A stretch of DNA of 64,000 bases, taken from Reclinomonas americana ATCC 50394. Lineage: Eukaryota. The position numbers were made by a program, and so were the translations under genes. The stretch is from NCBI GenBank assembly GCA_048213135.1, contig PS015058.1, forward strand, positions 19,934 to 83,933, given 5' to 3'. Positions 32,145 through 44,800 of the stretch are shown here, piece by piece (position 1 is the stretch's first letter; the number at the start of each line of letters is the position of its first letter). A model generated the notes under the pieces. It made no database searches. It saw nothing but the letters and a program-made list of their open reading frames with translations, and was not told where the DNA came from.

Positions 32145-35100
32145 TTATTGTGATGAATTCGTGAGATCCACCACCTCGTCCTCATCGTCGTCGTCATACT
32201 CTGCGTGACAGTGAGAACCGAGGGGGAAAAAAGAGTTCGTGGCCCTTTGTAGCACCCCTCACCTTGTGGAGTGCCGTCGTCGATCTGTAGCAGACACTCG
32301 AGCACATTAGTATGAAGCAACAACGAAGAAGCAATGTAGTCACGGTCACGCACAAAGTCACGCATGTCACTGTCCATCTCCTCGTCGTCCTCATCCTCTC
32401 CTCCTTCCTCCCCCTCCCCGTCCACCCCGTCGCCGTCAATCTCTGTAATGTCGGCGTCCAGGTCTTCTCCTTCCTCGTCCTCCTCCTCCTCTCCCATTTC
32501 CCCTTCCATTTCCTCATCCCCAGTGGCCTCCTCCGCTTCCTCCCCTTGCCCGTCATCGCCCTTGCCGGAGCGGACGTACTTGTCTGCAGTCGTCGATTGG
32601 TGAGTTGTCAGAACCAGGGGACCTTTGCCCCACTCCCTCACTCACCCATGATACCGCGCATCATGCTGTTGAACTTGGCGCGTCGTGTGCCCTTGAGTGG
32701 CGAGGCCAGCGACTCCGCGTCCGACTGACTGCTGGCGTGCATCCGGCGCCAGTACACGGAACGCGCGGCCAGCGTGTCGGCCTCCTCCTGCGACGGGTCG
32801 GCAGCGACAAACTCACGCATCGACGACGACAAACTGCCGTCTTCGTCCTCGGCATCGTCGACGAGGTCCTCTGAGCGCGCTTCTTGCGAGTCGAGACTGC
32901 AATTGCAGGAAGAGGTGAGATCCATTTGCCGAAAAAAGAACCGAGTATAGACGACAGGCCAGTCGCAACTCTGCTTCATCCTCCAAAAAGGCGGTGGAGG
33001 CAGTTCGCTTCACGCCTACACGTCGCTGCTGGCGCTTGATCTTGCGACCGACCAGCTTGCGACCAGTGCGAGCTCGCGCACCGGCAAAATCATCATCGTC
33101 TTCGTCACCGTCGTCGTCACCGCCGTCCTCACCAGCAAAATCGCCCTCATCGTTCTCCTCGGCATCTAGATCAATCACCTGCGCAGCGGCCGTGGGTGGA
33201 CGCCTCTTCTTGATAATCCTCCTGCGTTGCTGCACTTTGCCGCCGCTCGGCGACGTTGGCGGCGACTGGAACGACAGCGCGGATGGCGACGTCTTGGTGG
33301 CCGAGGCAGCCGCAGCGGTGGTGGTGGCGGCGGCAACAGAGACCGCATGAGCCGCAGCAGCAGCGGTCGGCAGCAGCAGTTGTGGCGACATGGTCACTTT
33401 GTTGTTGGACGACGCACCCGACGAACTCGACGACGACAGGCGATAGTGCGACGGCAGGCCAACTGGCGGCGACATGAGTGTGCTGCTGCCGCTTGCTGCT
33501 GCAGCGGAGCGAGTCGGCGTCGTCAGAGGCGACGTCGGCACCGATGCCCCCTTGCTCTTCGGCTGCAGCGCGGTGAGCAGGCGACAAAAAAGACCACAAC
33601 AAAAACAGAGAGCAAACTAACCGCCGTCATCGATGCCGCGGGCGACGCGGGTGCCACAGTGGCGACTGGCGGAACGCGAAGAGGCTGCCGTGCAGACTGA
33701 CTGCCGGCGGCCTCGGCCGACGATGGCATGGTGCCCGACGACGAGCCCGACGAGTGCATATCGAGATCGGAACCGGGTTGTGAGCCCAGCAGCGTTCGTG
33801 CGAGAACCTGTGCCGCCCGCGCCACTGACGACGAGGACGACGATGACGGGATCGAGGCCAATGTCTGCGCGCAGAGATGTAAGAGTCGCTGAAGAGAAAA
33901 CCATCGAGAGGCAAAGATGCGAACCTCAAAATCGGCCTCGAGACGACGCCGAGCCTGCATGGGCGGCTTGGTCACCACAGCACACGTATCGGAGAGGCGA
34001 CTGGCTGACCCGCGCCGCCCCGATGACGATGCCGACAGAATGCTACCGTGCTCCTCGTGGACTGTCAAGAAAAACAAATACAGCGGTGAGCACGGGCAAC
34101 ACAACGTGTGCACACTCCATGAACACACGCACCACCATGACGAACTGGCGACGCGTCAGACAGATGTAGTGCCAGATGATCGCTCAGTTCCTCCTGATGC
34201 TCAAATAGGCCGCCACATACGTTGCACTGGAAGCCAGTTGGTTCAAACGGCAGACTGCTGTTATGCAAGCTGCTGCTGCCTGTCTCCCGCACCCACGTGT
34301 TGAGTCCCCACTCAATTCAATTTTTCAGTGAATGACTGCACGCACCTGACTTGCGTGGACTTGTTCCCTGATGCGCCAGCTGTACCTCGCGAAACTGGGG
34401 CGACAACGGCAAGTTCTGCGGACCTCTCTCTTCGTCATCATCTTCGTCGTCGTCCACCACATACACCAGCTGATCCGGCGGCACGGCGGCCAATCGAATC
34501 GGCGGCGCCGGCTGCGGTGGTGTGGGCGGCGTCGGCGGTACCACCGCGCCTGCAGGCTGTGCCACTGCCTGCTCAATCCACTCCATGTCGGCATCCATGG
34601 CCTCCAGTAGCAGGAGCTGTGTTGGATGGTGCGCGGTAAGCGAGGAGACTATGGGGTGCGACACTGCTGGCTGTTGAACACAGTCTCGCCTTTTCAGCCT
34701 CGGAGATGGGCAACACATCGGGGCGCTTCGGCACAGTGCCTGACGCGACGTTTTCTTCCTCCTCCTCCTCCTCGTCGTCGTCCACCACCTGCCACGCCGG
34801 CTGCTGCGGTGAATCTGCGTCGCTGTCGTATTCATTCGAGGCCGGCGGTGATTCCTCACGCGGAGGAAGCTGTGCTGTCACGGTCAGCGTCACAATCACT
34901 GACTGCGATGCAGACGTGACGATGAACACACCGTCTGCGACACTCTCGCCGATTCGCAAGGCACCGAGAGTGGCGCCGTGCGACGAAATGGAGTGGCACC
35001 CGACGATGGTGGCGCCTACGCAACACAGTCAGGCAGGGCAAGCAAAGGAATGGGAGCATTCGCGGCTTGACTACTGACCGAGCTCGACATGATCGCGTCC

Positions 35101-38100
35101 GGCGGCGTCAGAGACTGCTCTGCAGGTTGCGCCGCGGCTGCGTCCGGTCGCTGCCGCTGATGCACAAGGGGAGGTGGAGGCGGAACCACAAACGGCGCCT
35201 GTCGGGGGCGTTGCAGAATGCCCAGATAGGAGTTGACGCTCTGCAGCACCCGCAGTGGCTTCACCGGTACAGCACTCTGTGCGTCGACGTGCCGGTGGAG
35301 CGCCAGCTGCCAGGCGTTGATCTCACTCGCCGACTGCGCACGCCACGGCAGCGGAGATTCACCACCGGCAGGCCGTGCGGCCACTGACACGGGGCGATGG
35401 AGACGCTCCAGAGGACTGCAGCGCACCACTCGCAGTCCATTTGGCGGCATGAGTGCCGGTGGGACGACACGCCACGGTCGATCCTCCGACATGCCCACGC
35501 TGTTGCAGAGATGAGCGTCCGACGTAGCCACAGAGCGATCCACCACACCGGCCCATGTGAGCGGACGCCGCGAGTCCGCAGCGAATCCCCGAGGCGGCTG
35601 CAAGTGGAGTAGCCTGGCCATCAGCGCACTCTCGGCAACCACCGCCGCCCGCGCATCGTGCAGTGGTTTCGTGCCTGTTTGTTTTTCGATGACAGTGTGT
35701 TGAGAATCTGTGCAACGCCAAAGCACCACCACCCAGAGGAAAAACAAACCAGTTTTGGCGGCAGCGGGTTGCGGGGCGGCGCGGACGCGCTGACGCTTCA
35801 TCGGCGGCCGCCCCGACTCCACCGAACTCGCCGTGGCCTTGGCCGCCGGCAGTGCAGAGCTCGGCGCGGCGCTGGTGACCGGAGCTAGTGGCGAAAACAG
35901 CGACATGACCGAGGATTGCTGCGTGCAGTGCATGAGCAAAGGGTGATCGCAACACATGCCAACCACTCTGACACGCACATCTGGTGGTCGTCGCGGCGTC
36001 TTGTCGGTGCCTGGCGTGGGCGTGGCTGCATTCGTGCTTTGCGAGTCGTCCGGGAGAACCAATGGCGCATTCGTCACCGACCGAGTCAGCGAGCTGCGCA
36101 CGAAGCGCAGGGTGCGCACCAGCAGGCGCGACTTGGACGCGTGGTTCAGCAGGAATGTGTCGCCCAGTTTGCTCTGCGTGTGCACAGACACTTGTGTGTG
36201 AGAAGGCACGCCAACACGTGTGTGTGTGTGTGCGCATGCCATGCACGCTTACCTGGCGATTGAAGAAGCGATCCAGCTCCGCACAGCGATGAACCGAGGC
36301 CTCGGCTGGTGCGCGCGCGACTGGCGTGGCTGTTGATCCGGAGGCCGGCGTGGCGACACCCGGAGGAGGCACAAAGCACAAACTGGTACACAAGTGTCGC
36401 GGTTTCATCCACGACACCAGTGGCCGCTGCTGAGCCGGTGGCTCGCCGTATGCGGCCAGTGCGGCCGCTCGCTCCGCTTCCACATGATCATCTCGTGGGG
36501 GGGGGGGGGGGGGGGGCGGCGCCACTCAGCAACTCATTCAGGTTACAGCGGAACAGCAAGCACAACCACACGCAACACGACAGGCTGCGCTTCAGTGGCG
36601 TTCGATGCAGTCGCCGGCGCGGTGGAGGGGCGCGACGGTGCCTCGGCACGCTTGCTCATCTGATCGAGAGCTGCGTCGACTGTGGCCAGCTTTTTGTACA
36701 CGACACGCGGCTTGATATTGCGCGGAATCATGCGTGGGTTCTTGTCGTAGAACTTGACCGTGGCGCCACCGGTGGGTGGCCCGGCCGCCGCCGAGGTCGA
36801 GCGGCCCATGGCGATGTTGCGTAGGTTGATCCGCGACTGCTCCACCGCCCGCCGCAAGTCCTTGTACATTTGCTTGCGCTTCGCCTCCTCCTTGTCGTAA
36901 TTGAGATCCTCGTGACCGCGAGTCATCAGAAACACGACTCGCCCGTCGCGGGCACGACCCGTGCGACCTGCATTGCCGCGCAGACGGTGAGAGAGCAAGA
37001 CGAAAGAGAGAGGGAATGGACAATAGGGCGACTCACCCATGCGCTGCACTGTGCGAATCGACGACGACAGTGTGTCAAAGTTGACAATCAGATCGACGTA
37101 GCCAATGTCGAGGCCTGCGGAGAATGGAAATGCTGTGAATGAGCTACCGCTGCTGCGGAAGTGCGGGCGGCGCATTCCATCGCACCTTCCTCGCCAATGC
37201 TGGTGGCAATCAGCACGTTGAACTCGCCCTTTTTGAAGTTTTCGATAATAGCCTGCTGTTCGCGTTGCGACTGACCTGTTCGCGCGGGCATCAGTTGCTG
37301 GGCGGATATGACAAGAGGGCGGAGCGACAATATGGTGCACCCTTCGAGGTCGACGTCTTGCTCTGGCCCAGAAACTCAATGGGGCGAATGAGGGGTGCAT
37401 GGCGGTTCAGTCGCTCACGAATCTCCACCACCGAGTAGCGGTACGTGGCAAAGATAATGGCACGCGTGTCGGAGCGACCACGGGTGTCGCTCTGCGCCGC
37501 GCGAAAGTGTCCGTCGAGAATGGCCTCCAGGCGGTCCAGTTTGGGGTGAGCAACGTTGCGGTTGACGGTCTGCGTGCCGACAGTCAGGTCACGAAATGAG
37601 AAAAGGGTGACAAATCGGCGCACCTCAGTCAGCGTCGCCACCAGCGCCTTGAATCGCGGCGAATCCCGTTCACGCCAAAAGATACTCCTCGCGGCTGCGG
37701 TGGCAGTATCGAGTGAGTGCGGCGCACATTATCGTTCCCTCCCTCTCTGAACGACGCAACAATTGGGCTCGCCCGTCTGCGGATCACTCTCTAGGTTCTC
37801 CTTGATCATGTTCCACAGTGAACTGCACGGTCCACCGACGGTGAGCGCACAGTCAATCACAAGGGGGGTATGAATCACATAGCATACCGAGGTCCATGGC
37901 CCAGCAACAATTCCCAGCCCTGCACCAGCTGCTGCAGAGAAAAGTAATCGTTCTCGATGCCCGGCGGCAGCTTCCACTTGTTGTCTTGCAGGCGATACTT
38001 GACGGCGAACACCGCCGACATGCTGATGGCTTCCGGGGCCGCCGAGTTTAACAGCTTCACATTGTGCAGGCGGACCACGTGTGGTCGCATCAGCTGCGTG

Positions 38101-40050
38101 AAGGTGAAGGTGTAGGTGATTAAGAGGTAATTATGTGGAACGAGTGACAATCACCTACCTCGCAGTACTTGCTCTTGACGGGTTCCAGTTCTGGTCCGAG
38201 ATCGAGAATCTGCAGAGAAAAAGTCAGGGAGTGCAGCAAGTGGCACACACACGAGCATGAAAATGCATACACACCTCCTTTTGCACTTGGCGGTGATGCG
38301 TGTGCTGCCGCACGTCAATGTCCTCCTCGCCCCGTACCTCGATGCGCGCAATGCCGAGATTCGTCACCACCTCCTGCACACGGGCGAGATCCTTGCCGGG
38401 CGTGGCCGACAGCGCCAGCACGCGAAAATGCGGCACGTCTTCATCGGTGTTTAGGCGCGACAGCCGACCTCCACGGTTGGACGTCTCGCGAGCTGCCTTG
38501 AGCAGCTGCTGAATCAGCTGACAGTACTGGTGATTCTTCGTGGCCTTGTGTGCCTCGTCAAACACCACACAGGTGACGCGGTGCGCCGGCAGCAGGCCAC
38601 TCTTGATGTCGTTGACGAAAATGTGCGGCGTGGCGAAAAACACACGCTTGGACTGCCACAGCGGGGCGCGCTTGGTGGCCGACACCGCGCCCGTCATCTC
38701 CACCATCATGCTGACGGGAATGCCGACAATGTCCTGGCACGCCTCCAGTTGCTGCGACACCAACTGTGCGGACCCCCGCGTGTGTCAGACGTCATATGCA
38801 AGGGACGTGACAGCAATGCAGCGTGTAGGCAACTGGTCGCGACGGCGCACAAAACAGCAGAATGCCTTCGGGGAACCAGCGATAAAAGTTGAACATGACG
38901 ACGGCGGCGATGAAGGTTTTACCCAGGCCCGTCGGCAGGCAGGCGAGTGTGTTGGAGAAGAGCGCCTGTCCATGCATGAGCGAACACGAGAATCCCAAGG
39001 CACTGACACACGAAGCAAACCTTCTTTACAATGTCCAGCTGATACGAGCGCACGGGGAAATCCGACGGGTAGATCCACACCTGCGCAGCATCATCGTCCA
39101 GTGCCGGGTACGCGTCACCGCCGGCTCCCGTGTTGAAATCGTCATCGTCGGTCAACATGCCGGCCGACGACAGCGTACCATTGACCAGTGTGGTCTGCAT
39201 GGACGAGAGCGACGTCGACGATGATGATGACGATGCCGATGAGAGTGACGATGCCGCAGCAGAGGGCTTGGGTGGCGGCGCAGCAGCAGTGGCCGGCTTT
39301 GGCGGAATGCCGCGATCATCGGTGGCCACAAACATGTCAATTGATCGCTGACCGCGCATCAGCTGCTTCTCATGCACCGAGGCCTTGACGGACTTGGGCT
39401 TGCCAGGCACCGGCTTGGCCATGGCGGTGCCAGGCGGCAAAGTCGGAGGTGGCGGAGGAGGCGGTCGCACTGCAGTTGTCGTCGTTGTTGTTGTTGTTGT
39501 TGTTGTTGTGCTTGTTGATGTGAACACTGGCTGCTTCATTGTCTGCTCATGGATGTGAGCAGTCACGCAAGAGGTGTGAGGGGCAAGGACAAGTGCGCGC
39601 GCGCGCAACAGCTGGAGCAAACGACTTGTGTGCCAACAACTCCAGTGTCTCCATGTCCTCGTCGCTGTCAAAGAAGCACTCATTGTCGAGCTCACGTGCT
39701 GACATGGAGGCCACTGGAGTCGACGCTCGCACAGTCTACATAAGTAGGAGAGGAGGTCATCAATCTCTGTGTGTGTCTCTCACACTTTGAGATTCACACA
39801 CTCAACGCAGACCTGCACATTGACAGGTGCGGGAGGAGGTGGAGGTGGAGGTCGCCATGTGCTTGCTCTTTGTTGAGCACTCACTGGCACTGGAGGACGA
39901 GGGGGAGGAGGAGGAGGAGGAGGTCGCGACTGGACCAAACTGAGAAAGGTCGCATCATCCTCGAACCCCTGTCATGTGAGTGAGTGAGTTGTGTGAGAGA
40001 GTGAGTGAGAGAGAGAGGGAACGTGCCTCGAAAAAGTCCTCTTCGCTCAT
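32145..40050 (-). CDS. FANCM: FANCM/Mph1 DEAH-box DNA translocase with a long disordered C-terminal tail
   Basis: WIYPSDFPVRSYQ; NTLACLPTGLGKTFIAAVVMFNFYRWFP; VVFDEAHKA; LALSATPG; HPKLDRL; VLIATSIGEEGLDI; VQRMGRTGRARDG. Distal FLEDEADL..SEDL...SMREFV resembles a FANCM tail motif. Tail exon structure is tentative, especially near the poly-G at 36497-36516. Confidence 0.85.
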
Positions 40051-40120
40051 GCGAGCGACAGAGGAAGAGGATCTCTCTGCACAAGAGAGATGCGTGTTTG
40101 CCATGGGACAGATGATGACG

Positions 40121-40382
40121 TCACGTTCGCGGTCGACATGGCAACAACAACAACAACTTCTGATCCAAGAGCAACACAGCTGCGTGAAGATCACCATCTT
40201 GAGTGAGCAGCAGACACGCGGAAAGAGCGAGGGACACTCAATATATGCGGTGAAGATCGCAGTTCTCGACTTGTTCGGAGCTCCGAGATCTAGAGCGCGC
40301 GAACACACACACAGGAACCTGCTGCTGCCGCCTCAAGATTGGTGTTTGTGTTGATGTTTTGGATACGGTTGAACTTGGTCAT
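40121..40382 (-). CDS. possible small spliced gene or 3' gene fragment with a UBA-like motif
   Basis: Two plausible GT-AG introns give MTKFNRIQ...DLGAPNKSRTAIFTAYIEYGDLHAAVLLLDQKLL..*. It lies next to gap 40426-40532. Confidence 0.3.
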
Positions 40383-40637
40383 CAAGACAGCTGTTGTTGC
40401 TTGTTTGTTGGTGAATGAATTGTTGNNNNNNNNNNNNNNNNNNNNNNNNNNNNNNNNNNNNNNNNNNNNNNNNNNNNNNNNNNNNNNNNNNNNNNNNNNN
40501 NNNNNNNNNNNNNNNNNNNNNNNNNNNNNNNNCGTCATCTGTCGCTGCAGCCACTCGTATGCTGCAAATCCGCAACTATCTGTCAAGCCTTGAGCCTGAG
40601 CATGTAAACAGCCAAAAAATCCATTAATTAGAAATTG

Positions 40638-41809
40638 TTAGGAGCTCTTTTCGTGCTCACTCGACGCAGCCGCTTTCGTGGCTTGTCCTGTCGGCATCAC
40701 CGGCGGCGTGGCCGCCGACGATGCTGCCTCCCTGTCGCGATCCGACAGGCGAGTGGCGCGGTGGATGCGGTCGACGACGCTGGGCGCAAAAATGGGTGCA
40801 ATGTACGAACCGGCCGAGACCGAGTCGGTGGCGTTGGAGGCGAGCGCGCCACAGGCGCAGCACAGGCGCAGCCAGGGACCTGCAGCGAGGCAGAAAGTGA
40901 GTGAGATGCGTTGCATAGAAAGGAGTGACGGCACAGCACAGACCGCAGCAGCCGAAACAACACCGCTGTAAATGCTTCGAGTGGCCGTGCTTGACTGCGT
41001 AGTTGACGGCACTGACGAAAACCGAGTGCTGCATGCGAGGGTTTATGAGTGCACGATTCGGGTGTGCGACCGCCGGTGGGAGAGAAACGCAACGGCATAC
41101 ACTGGTGTAGACAGGAGCGAGATCCACAGCGTGTAGTCTGGCGTACAAATAAAGTCAGCAAGCAATATATGATGTGAGAGTATGCCTGTGTATGCTCACC
41201 GGCCAGGTTGGTATTTCGCACAAAAGTCGGCAGACCGTACAACAGAACTGCACGCAGACACATGCGCACGCACACACACACACACACGCACACGCACACG
41301 CGTGTACAGAGAGAGAGGGGGGAGGGAGAGAGAGAGAGACGTACACACACGCACATACACACATAGCGTCAGCGTCGGCACTCAACGAAGCCCGAAGCGA
41401 AGGCTGCCGCAACTCAAAAATACGGAAAATCCAAGCAGTGAGTAGAACCAGAACGCCAAGAACGCCTTAGGTGAAGAGCCAGTGTCAGCATCTCTCTTAC
41501 TTGCCTTGCCCATCACCACACCATCACCTCACCATGCAAGGAAGGCAACCAAAGGTCCGACAAATGCGAATGCACTTGATCCACAGCACCAACGAGAGCG
41601 TCAGCAGGTTGAAGAAGAGACCGGCGTAGAAGAGAACGCCGATGGCGATGCCCGAGAAGGACACGTCGGAGGTGGAGCAGCCCTGCATGCGCACGTCGAT
41701 AGTCACGGTCTGAGTGGCAGCAGCAGCGACACAGCACGAGCACTGTACCTTGACATACACTTGCAGTTCGGTGCCCGAGTAGCGCCAGAAAGTGAGCTCT
41801 TTCTCGAAC

Positions 41810-41845
<36 letters not shown>

Positions 41846-44800
41846 GGTACAGCGATAACAGAAACTGGGAGTGGACACCAGCTCACCGCCAGATACAACG
41901 ACAAAATCACAAGCAGCTTCTTGGAGAGAATGACAATGTCCTCCACGTAACGCTGAAGCCAGCGACGAGAGGAGACCGACAGCTTGACTGCGCAGATGCG
42001 TGAGCACGTACTTTGGAACGAGAAGAGGGACGGAGATAGCGCGCGAACGCAACAACAGCACGAGTCCTGTGGACAGTCGCACAGTCCGCGCGGTCTGCGC
42101 CGCCCTACCGCCTCTTCGTCGTCGTCGCCGTCCTCTGTTGCCTTGGACAGGGGTGCTTCTTCTGGTAGCAGACGAGAGTGCTCCGATACTTGCACCGAGG
42201 TCACGCCATCTGTGCGTGCAATTATATGTCAGGGCTGTGACACATTATTGCGTCACACACACGAGCCACTTGAAGACGAACCGCTGACCACCACCACTGC
42301 TGCTGCACTGCTCAGATCGTCCATGTCGAACTCGGAGGAATTCACGGCAGCTGGCTCCTGCACAATAGGTCGGAAGCTGCAGCGCAGCAGTGCCTCGCAA
42401 AGCAGCGGGCGGGGCGTCAGCAGTCCACGACGGCGCGCTTTCCGACTCAGCTCGAAGAACAGGTACACAATGTACAGAACGGAGATGAAAAAGGTCAACA
42501 GGACCACCCAGAACTGCGAAAGAGGGAAAGGGTGAGTAAGGCCCGCGTCAAACACAGCACATTACAGAGGAGCTGACCTCCACCGGCAAGTTGAACTGGC
42601 AAGTGAAGCAGGCCGCGAGATCGACAGTTGGTGTGAACACCATGGACTGCAACGATAGCTGCATAGCCAACAGGAGGGCGTTAGAAATCGCATCACTGCT
42701 AGGACATGGGAATGGCGCTGACACAACTGCCGCCACAGTGATGGCCGTCGTGACTCCAACGAGCGCAAAGTACAGCACAATCTCGCCGACTGAACGCGGA
42801 GAGTGAGAAGGAGAGAGAAGCAGGGACTGCACCTCCGTCACGCAACTGCGCCAGAACATGTTGCGCCAGCGGAAGCGGCTCCCGATGAGCAGCACGATGG
42901 GCAGAACGACAACGAGCGATGGGAGCAAGATGAGGATTCTGAGGGCGCAAGCACATTAGTCTCCTGCATCGATAGTGATGATGGTGGGCACCGACGACGC
43001 AACTGAAGTCCGCCTCCTTGAGTGGGCGCCACAGCTCCCTGATACGAGTGACCTGCAAGTGCGCACAAAATGAGTCACTGATCGCTCAGCCAGGGAGGGA
43101 CGATTGATGGCACAGCACTGTACAAAAACGTGGCGACATTCTCGTAGTCTGCATCCTGGTGCAACACCTCGGCAATCTGTCGCTCTCGCGGCGTCAGCGC
43201 TGCGCGTGCACTCGTCAGAAGTTGGCACACACATCTACTGGCGCGGCACGCGTTAACTCAACTGTCAGCGTGGTAGCGCAGCACATCACACGAATTGTAG
43301 CTGCAAGTGGAGAGTGACATGGAGTCCGTCGGTGGCGTTGTGGAGCACGTGAAGTACAGAGCACTGGTGATTGAGGAGGTGACCTGTGAAGCACACAAAG
43401 AGAGCGAAGGGAAAGGGGGAAGGAACAGGGGGAAGGAACAGGGGGAAGGAACAGGGGGAAGGAACAGGGGGAAGGAACGAGGGGAAGGAACGAGGGGAAG
43501 GAACAGGGGAAGGAACGAGGGGAANNNNNNNNNNNNNNNNNNNNNNNNNNNNNNNNNNNNNNNNNNNNNNNNNNNNNNNNNNNNNNNNNNNNNNNNNNNN
43601 NNNNNNNNNNNNNNNNNNNNNNNNNNNNNNNNNNNNNNNNNNNNNNNNNNNNNNNNNNNNNNNNNNNNNNNNNNNNNNNNNNNNNNNNNNNNNNNNNNNN
43701 NNNNNNNNNNNNNNNNNNNNNNNNNNNNNNNNNNNNNNNNNNNNNNNNNNNNNNNNNNNNNNNNNNNNNNNNNNNNNNNNNNNNNNNNNNNNNNNNNNNN
43801 NNNNNNNNNNNNNNNNNNNNNNNNNNNNNNNNNNNNNNNNNNNNNNNNNNNNNNNNNNNNNNNNNNNNNNNNNNNNNNNNNNNNNNNNNNNNNNNNNNNN
43901 NNNNNNNNNNNNNNNNNNNNNNNNNNNNNNNNNNNNNNNNNNNNNNNNNNNNNNNNNNNNNNNNNNNNNNNNNNNNNNNNNNNNNNNNNNNNNNNNNNNN
44001 NNNNNNNNNNNNNNNNNNNNNNNNNNNNNNNNNNNNNNNNNNNNNNNNNNNNNNNNNNNNNNNNNNNNNNNNNNNNNNNNNNNNNNNNNNNNNNNNNNNN
44101 NNNNNNNNNNNNNNNNNNNNNNNNNNNNNNNNNNNNNNNNNNNNNNNNNNNNNNNNNNNNNNNNNNNNNNNNNNNNNNNNNNNNNNNNNNNNNNNNNNNN
44201 NNNNNNNNNNNNNNNNNNNNNNNNNNNNNNNNNNNNNNNNNNNNNNNNNNNNNNNNNNNNNNNNNNNNNNNNNNNNNNNNNNNNNNAAAGGGGGAAGGAC
44301 ACACAGACAGACAAACAGTAACATTCACACAGTCATACACAATATCCGTGAGTGATGACACCGCGCGCTGCATGCAATATGCAAGATAGTGAACGCACCG
44401 TGGCGTACAGGTCATACGTCGGTTTCGGCACCACCGAGCACTGAATGAGCGACGAGTTCCCCACGATGAAACTCAGCGTCACCGACACTGTGAGCGCCTG
44501 GTTGGCGATAAAATCACGCAAGAGGGACGAAAGAATTAAGACGCAACCCATGGCCAGTTTCCACAGAATTACCAGTGTGCGAGCGTTGCGAGCGCACATG
44601 GAGCCTGTACAGCGATAAACAAGTCAAGGACGAAGCGACACGCTCGAATCAACATGCCACTTCATCGCACCTGCTGCTTGCACATGCTTATGCTGACAGC
44701 AGCGACGAATGCACGGTCGAATGCAGCACCAAATCATCCACAGAATGAGCGAGAGAATGCCGAGCACGATCAGCACGACACCGTAGAGAAAGGCCACAGT

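Noticed and set aside
36497-36516. Apparent frame break in FANCM at a 20-nt poly-G run
   Set aside because: Homopolymer length is unreliable and the exon boundary is unresolved, so this is not evidence of a pseudogene.
40105-40168. Possible C/D box snoRNA (ATGATGA...CTGA)
   Set aside because: Too short, interior is low-complexity (CAA)n, terminal stem is weak, and no guide target is recognisable.
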